64,000 nt of DNA from the human T2T-CHM13v2.0 reference genome, Homo sapiens. Made by a program: the position numbers and the translations under genes. Where the stretch lies: assembly GCF_009914755.1 (NCBI RefSeq), contig NC_060931.1; one strand, 5' to 3'. Of this stretch, positions 25,513 through 39,530 are shown one piece after another; the first letter of the stretch is position 1; every line of letters starts with the position of its first letter. Below the pieces are notes generated by a model. That model was not told the DNA's origin, did no database searches, and was given only the letters and a program-made list of their open reading frames with translations.

Positions 25513-28500
25513 TGTATCATGTCACCATACTTTAAGGGCAGGCTCATGTGAAATGAGCCATCGACCTTCTTTCTCTCCTTTAGTTTCTTTCTCCCCATTC
25601 CCTTGGGTACAGAGCACAGTCAGTTCACGCAAGTCTGCAAATTGCGCATCCACTCCCTCCTGAGAGCATTAGACACCAGGAGATACCAGGAAGAGCGTGA
25701 GGTCCATTTTCGAGGCAAAGAACACTCACAAAATTAAATCACAAATCCAAGAATATACGAGGGGGCGTCGGGTAGTATGTGATCGCTTGCCAGGAAAGTG
25801 GATCTGAGGATCAAGACCGTCAGGGAAGGGGGGTTCCCTGTGGGCAGGTGTGGGCATGGAGGCCCTTGGAGGTGGACCCTGAGCAGAATGTTCAAACGGT
25901 CAGTATTCGGATGCCCTGGTGCCTCGGGGCGGGGGAGGCTGGTGGCCAAGGACTCCGAGGCTTGGATGCAGGGCAGCAAAATGGGAGTTCAGGAAATTTC
26001 CCAGTGAGTGAATTCGTAAGAGCAGAAGGATCTTTGAGCAGGAGAAGCTGGAGGCTGGAGGCTGAAATGGACTGCTTTATAAAAAACCATTTTCTAACTA
26101 ATAATGTATTTTTAAGTACAAAGTAATACATGCTCATTGAAGCTGGAGAAATAGTAGATGATGTATAAAGGGAGAGTTCTTATCTCCCCCCACCATGAGG
26201 GAGCACTGCTAGCAGCCTCGGGTGCATCATTCCTGGCTGAAAAGGGATGCCTGCGAGGGACAGAGAGGGACCAAATGATGCCAGACCCGAGTCTTGTACA
26301 ACAAAGAGCTGCACAAAGCTGGGAGCTAGGCAAGGTGGTGTGAAAGCAAGTTTTTAGCAAGATTAACCTGGCAGTGGCCTACAGGGAGCTGTCTGTGAGG
26401 CTCAGAGAGTGAAGGAAAGCAGGAGGCTGAGGGCCTGGAGCAGGAAGGTGGTCATTCCCGAATTGCTGATGGGGTTTCCCTGGGAAGGAGGGGGCCCAAG
26501 ATGGCCTAGAGCCCCAGGCCTGGACGTGGAAGTAGGAGGCCTGCTGAGGAAACCGGTCTGGGAAGAGCATCTGTGAGCTTGACTAGAGCATGCTGAGGCT
26601 GAGATGATGTTCTGGGGTTCAGGTTGCAATATCCTCCAGGCAGCTTGTCCTTCCTCCAGCATGGAACGTTCTGGTGCCCCCAGCGGCCTGATGCTTTTTT
26701 GTGCCTCTCCGCCTCTGCTTTCTGAAGCACGGCTTGGTTTTGTCAGCTGCTGGGCCAAGACTAGCTTTTGGAGCACGTTCTCTGAGTCCCAGTGCCTCTC
26801 CTGAGCCCCTCCCCAGCATCTTTGCAGGAGAGGTTCTTCCTCCACAAAGAGAATCTCTGAGCTGCACGGCTGGGTTGGTTCTTCCCCTGCCACAGGTGCC
26901 TTTTCATGTAGGGAACCCGTCAGCCGTCTCCACGCCGCTCTCCATGAAAGCTGCTCCTGGCTGTCACCGCACAATCTGTTCAACATCTCCATCCCCTGTT
27001 GCTATTATGGACTTAAAAGCTGATGGGCGTTGTGCTGTTTTGCTTGCCAAAATGGCGAAGAGACTTTGTTCTTCATGCTTCAAATATTTTAATACTGTCT
27101 TTGAAACACACCTCACACAGGCGTTTTCTAATGGCCTCGGACTTTTCGGGGAGCATTTCATATTTTAGCTCGTCTTTCTTTGGGCTTTTGCTTTTTAAGC
27201 CTCCCATGCATAGCATTTGTCCGCATTTTAATAAATGCACATCTAGGGAGACAGTACCTGTCAGAGGTGTTTATGAAGGGGGGACCATGGCTGTGTTGGG
27301 GGCCCAGAGGGGGCTGAGGTCTGCTTCTGCGTTCACTTCCTGTTAGCTTCCTGCCCTCACCAAGACGAGATGGGGGTCAGAGAGCCCAGGGTGGCTCCCA
27401 CATCCTTGGTTGGTCCTCACCTTCTGGAATCCTCTGGCCCAGGCTGTCCCACAGGATGGTGTAACTTCCTGCGTGGGAGTGCCTGTGGTGACCGCACGGT
27501 GCGGAATACAGCGTGGCTCCCATAGCTTGAGCTCCAGGAGGTCAGGCCAGCTTCCATCTGGAGAGGGGCCCCTGCTCCACCCACTGCCTGCCAGCTATCT
27601 CCAGCCTGTTGCAGGGGTTTGCCACCATTAGGATTGGTCTCCCACCCAAGATCGAGTTCCCCAAGCTTCTGGATATATCCAGTCACCATTTCCAACCTCC
27701 TGCCCCTTCTCTGGAGGGAATGGCTTCTCCAGCACATAGGCCCACATCTCCCGGTGAGCATGTGTCTCCCCTTGGGTCCAGGTCAAAGTCTGGCCTCGGT
27801 GGGCCACCTTTGGTGTCTTGACCTGAGGCTCTGGAGGCCACAGTGCCCTGGATGTAAGCAGTCTACGGCCTCAAAGCCTGTTGTGGGATCATTTGGGCTG
27901 CATCCATTAGCTGGGGGTTTCATGTATTTCTAAATGTCTCAGCTCTTTAGTTCTTAACTTTTTAAGACAAAAACTTGGTGCATTTTAATCCTGAGCTTGT
28001 AGACCTTTATGGTTTCTCTAAAGACATATACAACAGAGAAAGTCTTCCCAAAGGGAAGGATATCAAAATGTATTTATACTGTCCACTCTGTGGTGTTTTG
28101 TTTTAGGTAGAAAGTATCCATCTACTTCGTACTCTTTCTTCCCCCTGTTCTATGAAGTCTTTGTCTGGCCTAAGCCTCTTTCTTTCTCAGGCGTCCTCAG
28201 TGGTTTATCCCTGTCACTCCTGTGGCCTCTGTCTTCTCTTCCAGGGTTGCCACCACGAACAGGTCTCTCTCACAATGTTCTTTTCAAATTGTGTTTGTCT
28301 TAGATGTGTTTCATGCCTGAATAGAGTCACATTCATCTGGGGGCCCTCGCAGTCCCCTGCAGGAGTACAGTCTGTTCTACAAATGTATTTACCAGCTTAA
28401 GCTTGGAATTCTACAGTGCCACTAAAAATTATGTTCCTTTTGTCACTGTCAGAGTTTTTAACTAGAATCCTGCAGAAAACACTTTATATAACCTTTGCAT

Positions 28501-29644
28501 AACGAGTTATTATCTATGCTTCTCTCTTAGTGCCCAGATGAGCTCTGACTAGACCAAGAGAAGCTTTTTCGTAGCCCTGGCTGTGCCCGTCTCTGAGTCT
28601 GGGCTCCAGCCCGGAGGGGTGAGTGGCTCAGAGCAGGAGTGGGTTCCGAAGCCTCACCCCAAGCAGTTTAACTGCATGGAGGCTGAAATTCTTTGTTGTC
28701 TGGGCTTTCAAAACTGTGTTATTTCTGTTCATGTGACGACAGTAATTTAAGGGCGCTTTAATATAGAGGAGGAAATGTCATTCCTTCCACCAAACTAATC
28801 TCAGTAACTCACTGAGCTGAACACTAAGATACAGGTCGGAGTCTCCAAAAACGTGAAAGTAATTACCCAAAGCATTGAACAACAATGAGAATGGTTTAAA
28901 AAACAAGAACTGCAGTATGGACCTATGCCTGTTTCATTTCAGTTCCTTCCCATACTCTTTATTTTCCAAAAATTTTAAGTGAACTTCTATCATTTTTTAT
29001 GGTATAAATAATGTACATACACAAACATATATATACACAAATACATATACACACAAAATATACATAAAATTTACCATTTTTTACCCCTTTAAGGTGGAAA
29101 AAAATCTGGTTGGGAGATGGATATCTGGTTCTCAGGGGTGGATCCAGGTTTTGTTGTGTAATTTCGGAGCTCTTGTTAAGAAAAATAATACAAAATTGAA
29201 AGAGCCTCTGCTGGGACCCGGGGAGGGCCCGATGTGATGGGAGCCAAGAGCTCCAGGTCGCTCTGTTCATCTTTCTTCTGGGGTTGGCATGAGCTTCCTT
29301 CCCAGAGGGCACTGGGCAGTGCTGTTTGCAGCTCATGGAGCCCTAGCCCTTTGCTACTGCTCCACCCCATGGGCATCAGGCCCCCCAACACTGAGGAGTT
29401 CAGCATGAGCCATGTCTGGGACAGCTCATTCTCCAGGCTCTAGCCTCAAGGAGGAATCCCAGTGGCTTTAACCCCAGCTCTCTGACAGCCCTCACTCTTG
29501 TGTGCCTGGGCACACGCATGTGGACACATACACACAGATCTGCTCTTCTCATGCAAAACACATGACCTTCCACTGCAGGTTCCACGCAGGGCCTCCTAAC
29601 CTGCCCCTCCCCTGCCTGCTCCAGACCAACCACTCATGGTAGGT

Positions 29645-30050
29645 CTTTCTTTTTTCTTACTAAACTTGGTGTTTTAGAGCAGTTTGGAGCTTACAGAACT
29701 GTTTCAAAGATGGACCCGCCACCCAGCTTCCCCTGTGACACTAGTATGGTGCCTTTGTCCATTCATTGAGCCCACAGTGACACCTTATTGTTCACTGCAG
29801 TCACTGCCCCCTTCCGAGCTCCGCAGTCTCTCCCTGATGACGTCTTTCCCGCTCTGTTGCAGGATCCCGTCCAGGATCTGTTTTGTAGAACGTCACTCAA
29901 TCGGGATTTGTCTGATGTTCTTCTCTTAGCTAGACCAGGATTATGGGGCTTTGGGAAGAAGACCAGGGAGGTAAAGCGCCATTCTCATCACATCACATCA
30001 CATCAAGGGTGAACCCTGTCAACGTGACTCATCACTGCTGATGCTTGCTA
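29645..30050 (-). mobile_element. L1MC/MD-type 3' end fragment
   Basis: TTTTAGAGCAGTTTGGAGCTTACAGAA and GGGAAGAAGACCAGGGAGGTAAAGCGCCATTCTCATCACATCA resemble L1MC 3' UTR in antisense. Confidence 0.6.
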
Positions 30051-31402
30051 GACCTTCCAGACACGGGGAATTTAACCTGATCTGTGCCTAGGGCTAGACT
30101 CTCAGCAGCACCTGTCTTGAGTGTGCAGTGCCACCCTAAGGAATGCAGCCTGCTTATACTCAGTGTCTAGAGAGACAGTCTGTTGTGGTGGAGGGGAGCC
30201 TCTGATTAGCGTGAAGCCTCCCCACTTAGCTCCATGTTGGGGGCCCTCGCGGGCATTGCTCCAAGACAAGCTCATCTTCTCCTTCATCTCTGTGACCAAG
30301 CCCTTAACTTTGCAGCTTTAAATCCTAGGCAACAATGAGATGTGGAGTTTGCACAAGGAGCATTAATGGAGAGTGGAGAGACCCTGAGCCTTCACTCCAT
30401 CCATTTCTCATGTGGAAATGAAGATCATTTTATCCCCCTCAAGGTTACTGTGAAAGTTGAACGTGGACACATACAGCCATCAGCAGTAGCTCCAAGAGTG
30501 GGTGCTTTTGTTCCACAAACACTTATTGAGCTCCTACTGTGTGTCAGGCACTCTTCTAGTTGCTGAGGACCAAACAGGGAATAAAATAGATCCCAAGGGA
30601 GCTCAGCCAGTGGATAACTCTTTTCATGGATCACCATGATTATTGTGAGCTAATACTTATATTTCAGGAGATTCAACATGCAGACTGTTGTAGCAAAAAC
30701 AGTAGTAGAATTCAAATTAGAAAAATAATAAATTTGCACCTAATTTTTCCACTTAACTGTAACCTGGGGGAACTATCCTTATTTTAATGAAAGCATGCTC
30801 ATTCTCATTCATATAAAAATGCAAAGTAAAGCATCAACCAAATTACATTTTTCACCCACCAATAGACAATTACAACAGTTATAAAATGCTCCATGCTGGC
30901 AATGCTATGACAAAAATAGACACTTTCTAAGAACTTTTTATTATTAGAAGTACTAAATACACACAAAAATATAGCTCCAACAACCAGTAACATTTTAACC
31001 ATATTTATTTCATCTGTTCCTCACTTTCCTTTTGCTAGAGTGTTTTAAAGGAAATTCCAGAAATTATGTCAATTCATCCCTAAGTGATCAGTAAGCAGTT
31101 CAAAAAGTTGATTACACCTAACAAAATTAATAGTAGTCATTAATATCACCTGCTATTCAGTCTATATTTAATTTTCCCTAAGTGTCTAAAAAGAAAGGTC
31201 TTTTTACACTTGCATCAGGATCCAAACATGGTCCATCCATCGTACTGGTTGTTTTGTGTCTCACTGTGTCTTCATCCACAAAACCCCCTTCTACCTCCCC
31301 GCTTCCTGCTTGGGCAGAGTCCATGACAGTTGTCCTATAGAAGGCCCCAAGTCCTAGATTAGGATTCTGGTAATTCTGGTGTTTAATTGGTTCCTGCACC
31401 TT

Positions 31403-31680
<278 letters not shown>

Positions 31681-31749
31681 CTGCACCTTCTTTATTGCCT
31701 GGAGACTGGATTTGAGCTGCCTTCCGTTTCCGGGTAGTTTCTTTTCTTA

Positions 31750-31754
<5 letters not shown>

Positions 31755-31800
<46 letters not shown>
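31755..31800. repeat. (GT)23 microsatellite
   Basis: 46 bp perfect GT run. Confidence 0.97.
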
Positions 31801-31802
<2 letters not shown>

Positions 31803-32111
31803 ATACTTCTTGGGTATTGCAGGTACTTCCTGCTGCATCACCCAAGGAGGCACATGACACCAGCTGCCCCGCTTCTGGTGATGTTGAGATGGAGCCACTC
31901 TAGGTAGCCGCCACCTGTGAAATTCAGCAGAAGTTATTTAAACTTCCCTGAGTCTTGGTTTCCTGGAGTGAAAAAGAGGCGCAGTAAGACCTCCTCCCCA
32001 AGCGGGTTTCTGTGGCTACAGACCCGAAAGCACTTCCAGGCGGCAAACTGCCACAGAAATATTATGTATTAATAATATGATGATGCTTTTGGCAATTAAG
32101 GAAAATCTCCC

Positions 32112-32448
32112 TGCTGGGCTTGGTGGTTCACTCCTGTAATCTCAACACTTTGGGAGGCCAAGGCAGACAGATTGCTTGAGTCCAGGTGTTCAAGACAAGC
32201 CTGAGCCACGTGGCGAAATCCCGTCTCTACAAAAAATACAAAAATTAGCCGGGCACGGTGGCACACACCTGTGGTCCCAGCCTGGGGGATGGAATGTATT
32301 GTGGGAGGTAGGGGTGGAAAAGAACATGACTAAGGCAGGAGGATCGCTTGAACCCAGGAGCGGAGGTTGCAGTGAGCCGAGATTGCGCCACTGCACTCCA
32401 GCCTGGATGACAAAGCGGGACCCTGTCTCAAAAAAGAAAAGAAAAAAA
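32112..32448 (+). mobile_element. Alu (old S/J-like) with a foreign ~46-bp internal insertion
   Basis: Dimeric Alu; right arm interrupted after GTCCCAGC. Confidence 0.92.
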
Positions 32449-33970
32449 TACCTTCTTTCAAAAAACATGTTCCTCCTTCAGACACCTTTAATTGAGAAAC
32501 TGATAATGCTCTTTTTTATTGGAAAAAGCTTCCAGTACATTTTCAAAGATTGGAAACCACCAGCTTTTTCAACCAACAGCTAAAGCGGGGTTGTGATTCA
32601 TTCCTCGTGATTCTCGGCCTTACCACTAAGAAAACGAAAGTGTAGTGATGCCCTCTGTAGAACGGAGCCTGGCTGGGGAAGTGTAAAATCCCTCAGTCTT
32701 CTAGATCTGAGAGTCCCTGAAGGGGAGGAAAAAAGGTATTAAACGTTTATGGGATGGTTTCCTTTATCAAAAGATTCTTCTACCTCCCAGCCTCCAAGAC
32801 AAGCATCCTGTGGCCCTCTTCTGTGAGGACCGGCTGGGGGCGGACCCTTTTAAAGGGATGTTGCTTATTGATTGTCAGGAACAGACTTGCTATTTAAATT
32901 TTAACAGTTCTCAGCAAGCTTGCAATTCCAGAGCTTGAGAATGAGCAAATCCTTCCCAAAACAATTTTTTTTTGTATGAATCAGGGTGCCCAGAGATGGA
33001 TCAATTCATTTGTATTAGTTTTCACTTTAATCTCTCTTCCAGCCAGACCTTTTATTTTCTAGTGAAAGAGGAAAAAGAATAAAGAAAGAATTCCTATAGC
33101 TGCAGCAGGACTGGGCAGGCCCCGAGATGCAGAGGTAATTAATAGGCCCTGTTGTCAAATCAAACCAGGCAGCAGACTCTGAACCCTGAGGCTGGGGTTC
33201 TGGACTTTCAGGAGCTGTTTACACTCGGAGTGAACAAACAGCCAGGATCAGGCAGGGCCAGGCTGGCGGGATGGGGCCGAGGGCGGGAAAGCGGCGTCTC
33301 CAGGCTTGCTCTGCCTCTCCCGCAGTCTGATTAATCGCCTCAGTCACCTGGTTTCAACAGTTGTCCTCTTGACTGTCTCTTTCTGAAACGATGTTTGTTC
33401 ACTGTGCCTGACGGAGCAGGTGAATGGCTGACTGCTAGACACTGTGATGTCTGAAGGAAGAAAGGGATGGACGAAGAGCTTTACTGAGTCCAGTATCAGT
33501 CAAGCTTCCTGAGGGAAAAGATGGCGTTCCTGAATGAGAGCAATCAAGGAGGAAGTTTTAGAAGGGGAATGTTTGCAGAGGTGCGGGTGGAGGGGAACCA
33601 CTGTTACCGGGGGCTGGTAGCCTCAGAGCGGGTTTCACTCTAAGGTTCAAGAGCCCGAGGCAGTTGCAGAACCCCAGAAGGAGAGATTATGTAGGGTGGC
33701 TGCTTGGAAAAGAGGGGGACCCAGGTAGCCCCAGGCAGCCTCCCAGTGAGGAAGAAAGAGCCTTACATTTGCTCCCCTCATCTACAGGAAGCCTCGGGGC
33801 AGGAGTCCCGAGGACAGAGCTGGATAGGGAGGGCGGAGCTTGGATCTAGGGAGAGCAAGCTGTCCAGCACCCTGGGCCAAGCTTACAGCTAGATGCTTTC
33901 AATGTATGTGATTTCATACTCGGGGAGTCTTGGGGGTTATATATTATCACCCCATCTTTTCATTATTTCC

Positions 33971-34248
33971 TTTAATTTGTTTTTTGAGACAGAGTCTTGC
34001 TCTGTCGCCCAGGCTGGAGTCCAGTGGCGCGGTCTCGACTCCCTACAACCTCCGCCTCCCGGGTTTCAGCAATTCTCTGTCTCAGCCTCCTGAGTAGCTG
34101 CGATTACAGGCACCTGCCACCACGCCCGGCTAATTTTTTTGTATTTTTAGTAGAGGCGGGGTTTCACCGTCTTGGCCAGGCTGGTCTTGAACTCCTGACC
34201 TCGTGATCCACCTGCCTCAGCCTCCAAAAGTGCAGGGATTACAGGCAT
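33971..34248 (-). mobile_element. Alu (AluS-like), antisense, 5'-truncated
   Basis: Reverse-complement Alu ending at GGGATTACAGGCAT. Confidence 0.92.
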
Positions 34249-34249
34249 T

Positions 34250-35510
34250 GTTTTAATCTTTAATGGTAGTGAAACACACATAAAAAATCCATCATGTTCA
34301 CCATTTGTAAGTGCACGGCTCAGTGGCATTAAACACATTCACACTGTTCTGCCACCGTCACCACCATCCTTCTCTAGAGCTCTTTTCATGTTGCAAAACT
34401 TCTGCACCACTAAACAGTCGCTCCCCGTTGCCCTTTCCCCTGCTCCTCCTATTTTCTGTCTCTGTGAATTTGTTCTAGATGTCTCATGCAAGTGGAATCA
34501 TACAGTATTTGTCTTTTTGTGACTTATTTCATGTAGTATACTGTCCTCAAGGTTCATCCATGTTCCGCCATGTGTCCTAATTTCCTTCCTTTAAGAAGCT
34601 GAATAGTAGACATTGTATGGACAGATCGTATTTGTTTACCCATTCATCCATCGGTGGGCAGTTGGGTTTGTTAGGAATAACGCTCAAAATCCTAAGGAAA
34701 GTGAACACACGAACAAAAGATTCTTAGCAAAGCAATTTTACTTCTGCGCAGAGGGGTGCCTCCTTGGCCAGTCGCCATGACAGCACACCTGAACAAAGGG
34801 GCACGAGAGCCTTTATTCCTGACGCAAGTCCTGCCCCTGTACCCTTTCCCCATTGGCCGGGGTCGGGTCATACAATCTAAACTAATCCCGGTTGGCTGAA
34901 CCTTTGATTTTTTTTAGATAAGGTGGGCACGTAAAAGAAAGCGAAGAGGAAAGGGGAAGGGGTGTTCTGTAATGAACTAGAAAGTTAGTCCTCTTTCCAA
35001 ATAAAGGAAGGAATGTGAGCTGCTACTGATAATGCCTGGTACTGTGGCATGCCTGGGCATCTAACAAAGGCAAAAAGGAAAAAAAGGGAAAGGGCAGCAG
35101 GGGGAAGGGTACTATAAATTAAAGAATAAAAGATTGATTGGGTTCTTTGAAGAGAAACCTCATCATATCCCTCAGGTTGCTTCTACCTTTTGGCTACTGT
35201 GAATAAAGCTGCTTTGAACCCAGGTATGCACATATCTCTTCGAACCCCTCCTTTCTGTTCCTTTGAGTGTATACTGAGAAGCAGAATTGCTGGATTCTAT
35301 GGTAATTCTGTCTTAATTTTTTGAAGAGCCACCATACTGTTGTCTGTAGCGGCTATACCATTTTATATTCAGAACAACCGCGAAATGGGGCGGAATTTCT
35401 TCACATCCTTCCCAACACCTGTTATTTTCTGTTTGTGTGTATGTGTTTTCTTTTCATAATAGCCACCCTAGTGGGTATTAGATGCAATATCATTGTGGTT
35501 CTGTTTTGTC
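34250..35510 (-). mobile_element. L1MB-type 3' end, antisense, split by an LTR
   Basis: CAGTGGCATTAAACACATTCACACTGTT and AAGTGGAATCATACAGTATTTGTC; resumes after the LTR as GCTTCTACCTTTTGGCTACTGTGAATAA. Confidence 0.85.
34669..35174 (-). mobile_element. LTR10-family (ERV1/HERV-I related) solo LTR, 506 bp
   Basis: TG...CA termini; exact 4-bp TSD GGTT (34665-34668 and 35175-35178). Minus strand starts TGAGGGATATGATGAGGTTTCTCTTCAAA, as recalled for LTR10 subfamilies. Confidence 0.8.
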
Positions 35511-37328
35511 CACTGTTTTCACGGAAGTTCAAACAAAACTGAACACCCTTAAGTGGGAGAGCTCGTAGTCAGCTGTGGTCTCCATGCTTCTTTCTTCTAC
35601 ATACCAGTTCTCTTCAGAATGAGAACGGTATTTCCATGGAAGCTGGACTTGGCACGAAGGGGCCCTGCCTTCTACCAACCGAGTCTGGTTGCCCTGATAC
35701 TGGGAATGGCCTTTCGTCTTCTGCATTGACAAATGGCTGTTTTCTGTAAGGGAGACTGCTTAGCAAACCAGATCACCATGAGCTGCATGATACAAGTGGA
35801 AGGGTTTTAGGCTCCCAGAGTAAAAAGGGAAGTTGCTGTGAGTTCTTCTGTAGGTAACTGGGAATGCGCACATTTTGTTTTTAAAGGAGACACACAGAGA
35901 GGGGGATCCTCATCAGCTGCCCATTATCCATGTCACTGGAAATCAAAAGCCAAGAACGCTGAAATGCCCAGCTGGTGGCGAAGACTGCGTTCCCAGAAAG
36001 CCATTTTTGGAAGCAGCTTGATTTGAAATAATTAAAAAGATCCCATCTTCATCGCCAACTGGCTTCATGCTTCAGAGCAGCTTAACTTTGTGTTAAGGAA
36101 TCCAGTGAGCAGATTCTGAATTAGTGATAGACACCTCTGTGTGAGGCAACAGAAGTTTCCTTTGAGAGTCTCATTTTCATTTTGGAGCAATTTATGGCCA
36201 CTGCTTGGTGATTGGTAAGGAGCTGGAGTGCATTTCCAATGAGCTCGCAGGCGCAGACTTACGAATCCCCGCGGTTGGGGCTGCAGGTTTTTGGAGAAGC
36301 GGCTGGGATTTTATGTGTGGATGCTGACACGCAGCTGGTACTGTCTGCAGGCTCTGCCTAGCCCAACACTATGGTGGAAAGCATGTGCCACCTCTTTCTG
36401 ACCATCTCTAATGTGGGTGAAAGGGACCTTAGCGCCACTTCAGGTCAGCGAGACAGCTCGATTTCCAGAAGAATTTCCCCCACCCAGGTTTTACTTCGCT
36501 AGTAACTTGAAAATTCAGTTCAGGCATCATCACAATTCAGAATGGGAACCGACAGCGGATGCTGGAAGTCACTGCCAAGACTTTGTTCATTCCAGGGCAT
36601 CAGTCTACAAAATGACTGGGCTGAAAAGCCTGTTTAAACTCTGCAAAAAATCCACGCAAGGGTGTAGGATCTCCAGCAGAACCTTCGGAAGCCTTGCCGG
36701 CAAGAGTGCATTTGGCTGGCAGAGTCCCTCTTGCACACCTGCTGGAAAGCTGGGTGGGAAGATATTCTAAGCTCGCTGTGAATTTCATTACGCCTCTCTC
36801 CAGCCAAAGCCACTCAAGGGTGTGGTGGTGTAATGGGCCTGCCACGCAGATGGGCTGCGAAATACACAGCCCATCTGTCTTTATCATGCTCATTTCCTCT
36901 TTTATTAAAATGTTAATGAATATAGTTTTTATTTATCATTCAGTGACATGTGCAGCATCCTTTTCTGGGAGACAAATCTGCAATCTGCCTAACCATGTGA
37001 GCCGACGGAGAACTTTCTCCCCTTACATACTGAACACAGGAATTAGGGACGTTTTGGTTCCTTTTAAACCGCCGTATGCAGGTTGCACAAAAAAATCCTT
37101 TTGCTCATTGATGGCGGCACCGGGGAAGTTGCCTTTCTGGCTTGTAAGTTACTAGCCACATGGCCAGAGCCTCAGTTTCCACACCTGCTAAATGGGATAA
37201 GCTTTCCTTCTCCTAGAGCTGTCCTGCTAAGCAAATGAGATGTTCCCTGAGAAAGCCTTTGCATTCACCTCTTATTATTCAGACATGATAAGCCTGTGGG
37301 CTTGAATTCGTTTTCTTCATTCTTTCAG

Positions 37329-37476
37329 ACTCTCCATGGAAGGTGCATCTGTCAAACGTTGGCCCTGAGATGACAGGCGTCACCGTGAGTGGCCTGACTC
37401 CGGCTCGTACCTATCAATTCCGGGTGTGCGCGGTGAATGAAGTGGGCAGGGGCCAGTACAGCGCCGAGACAAGCAG
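37329..37476 (+). CDS. SDK1: SDK1 internal coding exon (148 bp, phase 1 to 2), C-terminal part of an FN3 domain
   Basis: Acceptor TTCTTTCAG|; donor AG|GTGCGT. Reads (N)SPWKVHLSNVGPEMTGVTVSGLTPARTYQFRVCAVNEVGRGQYSAETS(R), with the FN3 motif LxPxxxYxFRVxAVNxxGxG. Confidence 0.97.
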
Positions 37477-38457
37477 GTGCGTGAATCCCGCCCCAGGTGG
37501 GGGTGTGGAACAGCCGGGGGCCTGAATGCCAAAGAGAAGCATCACATTATGTGGTGGAATTGATCACAGCAACCCGCTGGCTTCCCTCAGGGAGACGGGA
37601 CAAACCGTGAGCAGAAAAGCCTGTCGCAAAGAGGGAAAGACAGGCCCACGCAGACTTAGCTGGGCCTTCCTTCATTGCTTTGAGGCAGGTTCCTTGGATT
37701 TTTCCTGTGGCGATCTGGCTGTGCCTACATAAATCGCTCCTGACAGCACAGCCCTCTGTGTACAGGAAATTCAGAGCTCACATGTTTTCCGTGTTCTTTG
37801 TCCACCCCACTGCCGGGTGGACGCTGATGCCACAGTCTTAGCAAGTCAACACCTAGCATGCTGTTAAGGGAAGCTGTCTCTGCAGAGGCGTCGCATTCCT
37901 GAGCGGTCTTCACGCTCTCCCATCCCTGCGAGGGCCACCTCTGAAAAATCTCATTCGGAGGTGACATGGGAAAATGGCTTCATCACATTTCAGCACACCT
38001 TCCCCAACCAACCTGAGCTTTCAGTGGGCTTGACTTGTAGAACAGCTGAGCTGTAAATGCCTTTCTTTTTTTTTCTTCAAAATGTGGGAGTTTGATATGA
38101 GAAATATTGAAAGAGCCGGAGAAAACAGTTTGGGAGGAGTCTGAGACGGCAGGCCGACGAGCGGACGCATTCAGGCTTGCAGTCTTTCTAAAGGGCTGAG
38201 GTGCTGGGGTTATTCACACAGAACAAAGTCACCTCCACCTTTCCTCGTTGCTTGGTTAACTGATTTTCTATTATGTTGATTTGTGGTAACTGTTTCTCAC
38301 GTCCTTTCAGTTTCATTGGCTGTGTGTTTTGCTTTTCCTGAAACCCGATTTTTGTGAATAGTCAGGCTCAAGATTCAGCAAGATAGATGAAATGCAAATG
38401 GGCCCCCGCTGTTTCTGGTACTCATCTCTCTTGTTCCTACCCGTCTTTTATTTATAG

Positions 38458-38598
38458 GTTGATGCTACCTGAAGAACCACCCAGTGCTCCCCCGAAAAAT
38501 ATAGTGGCCAGTGGGCGGACTAATCAGTCCATTATGGTCCAGTGGCAGCCACCCCCAGAAACAGAGCACAACGGGGTGTTGCGTGGATACATCCTCAG
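38458..38598 (+). CDS. SDK1: SDK1 internal coding exon (141 bp, phase 2 to 2), GC donor
   Basis: Acceptor TTTATTTATAG|. Reads [46 protein letters not shown](R). Donor CAG|GCAAGT gives an in-frame join to the next exon. Confidence 0.96.
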
Positions 38599-38656
38599 GC
38601 AAGTGCCCTGTGATTGGCCATCTTTAGGCCGCCATTAGAGTTGAGCGTCGATTTCA

Positions 38657-39530
<874 letters not shown>

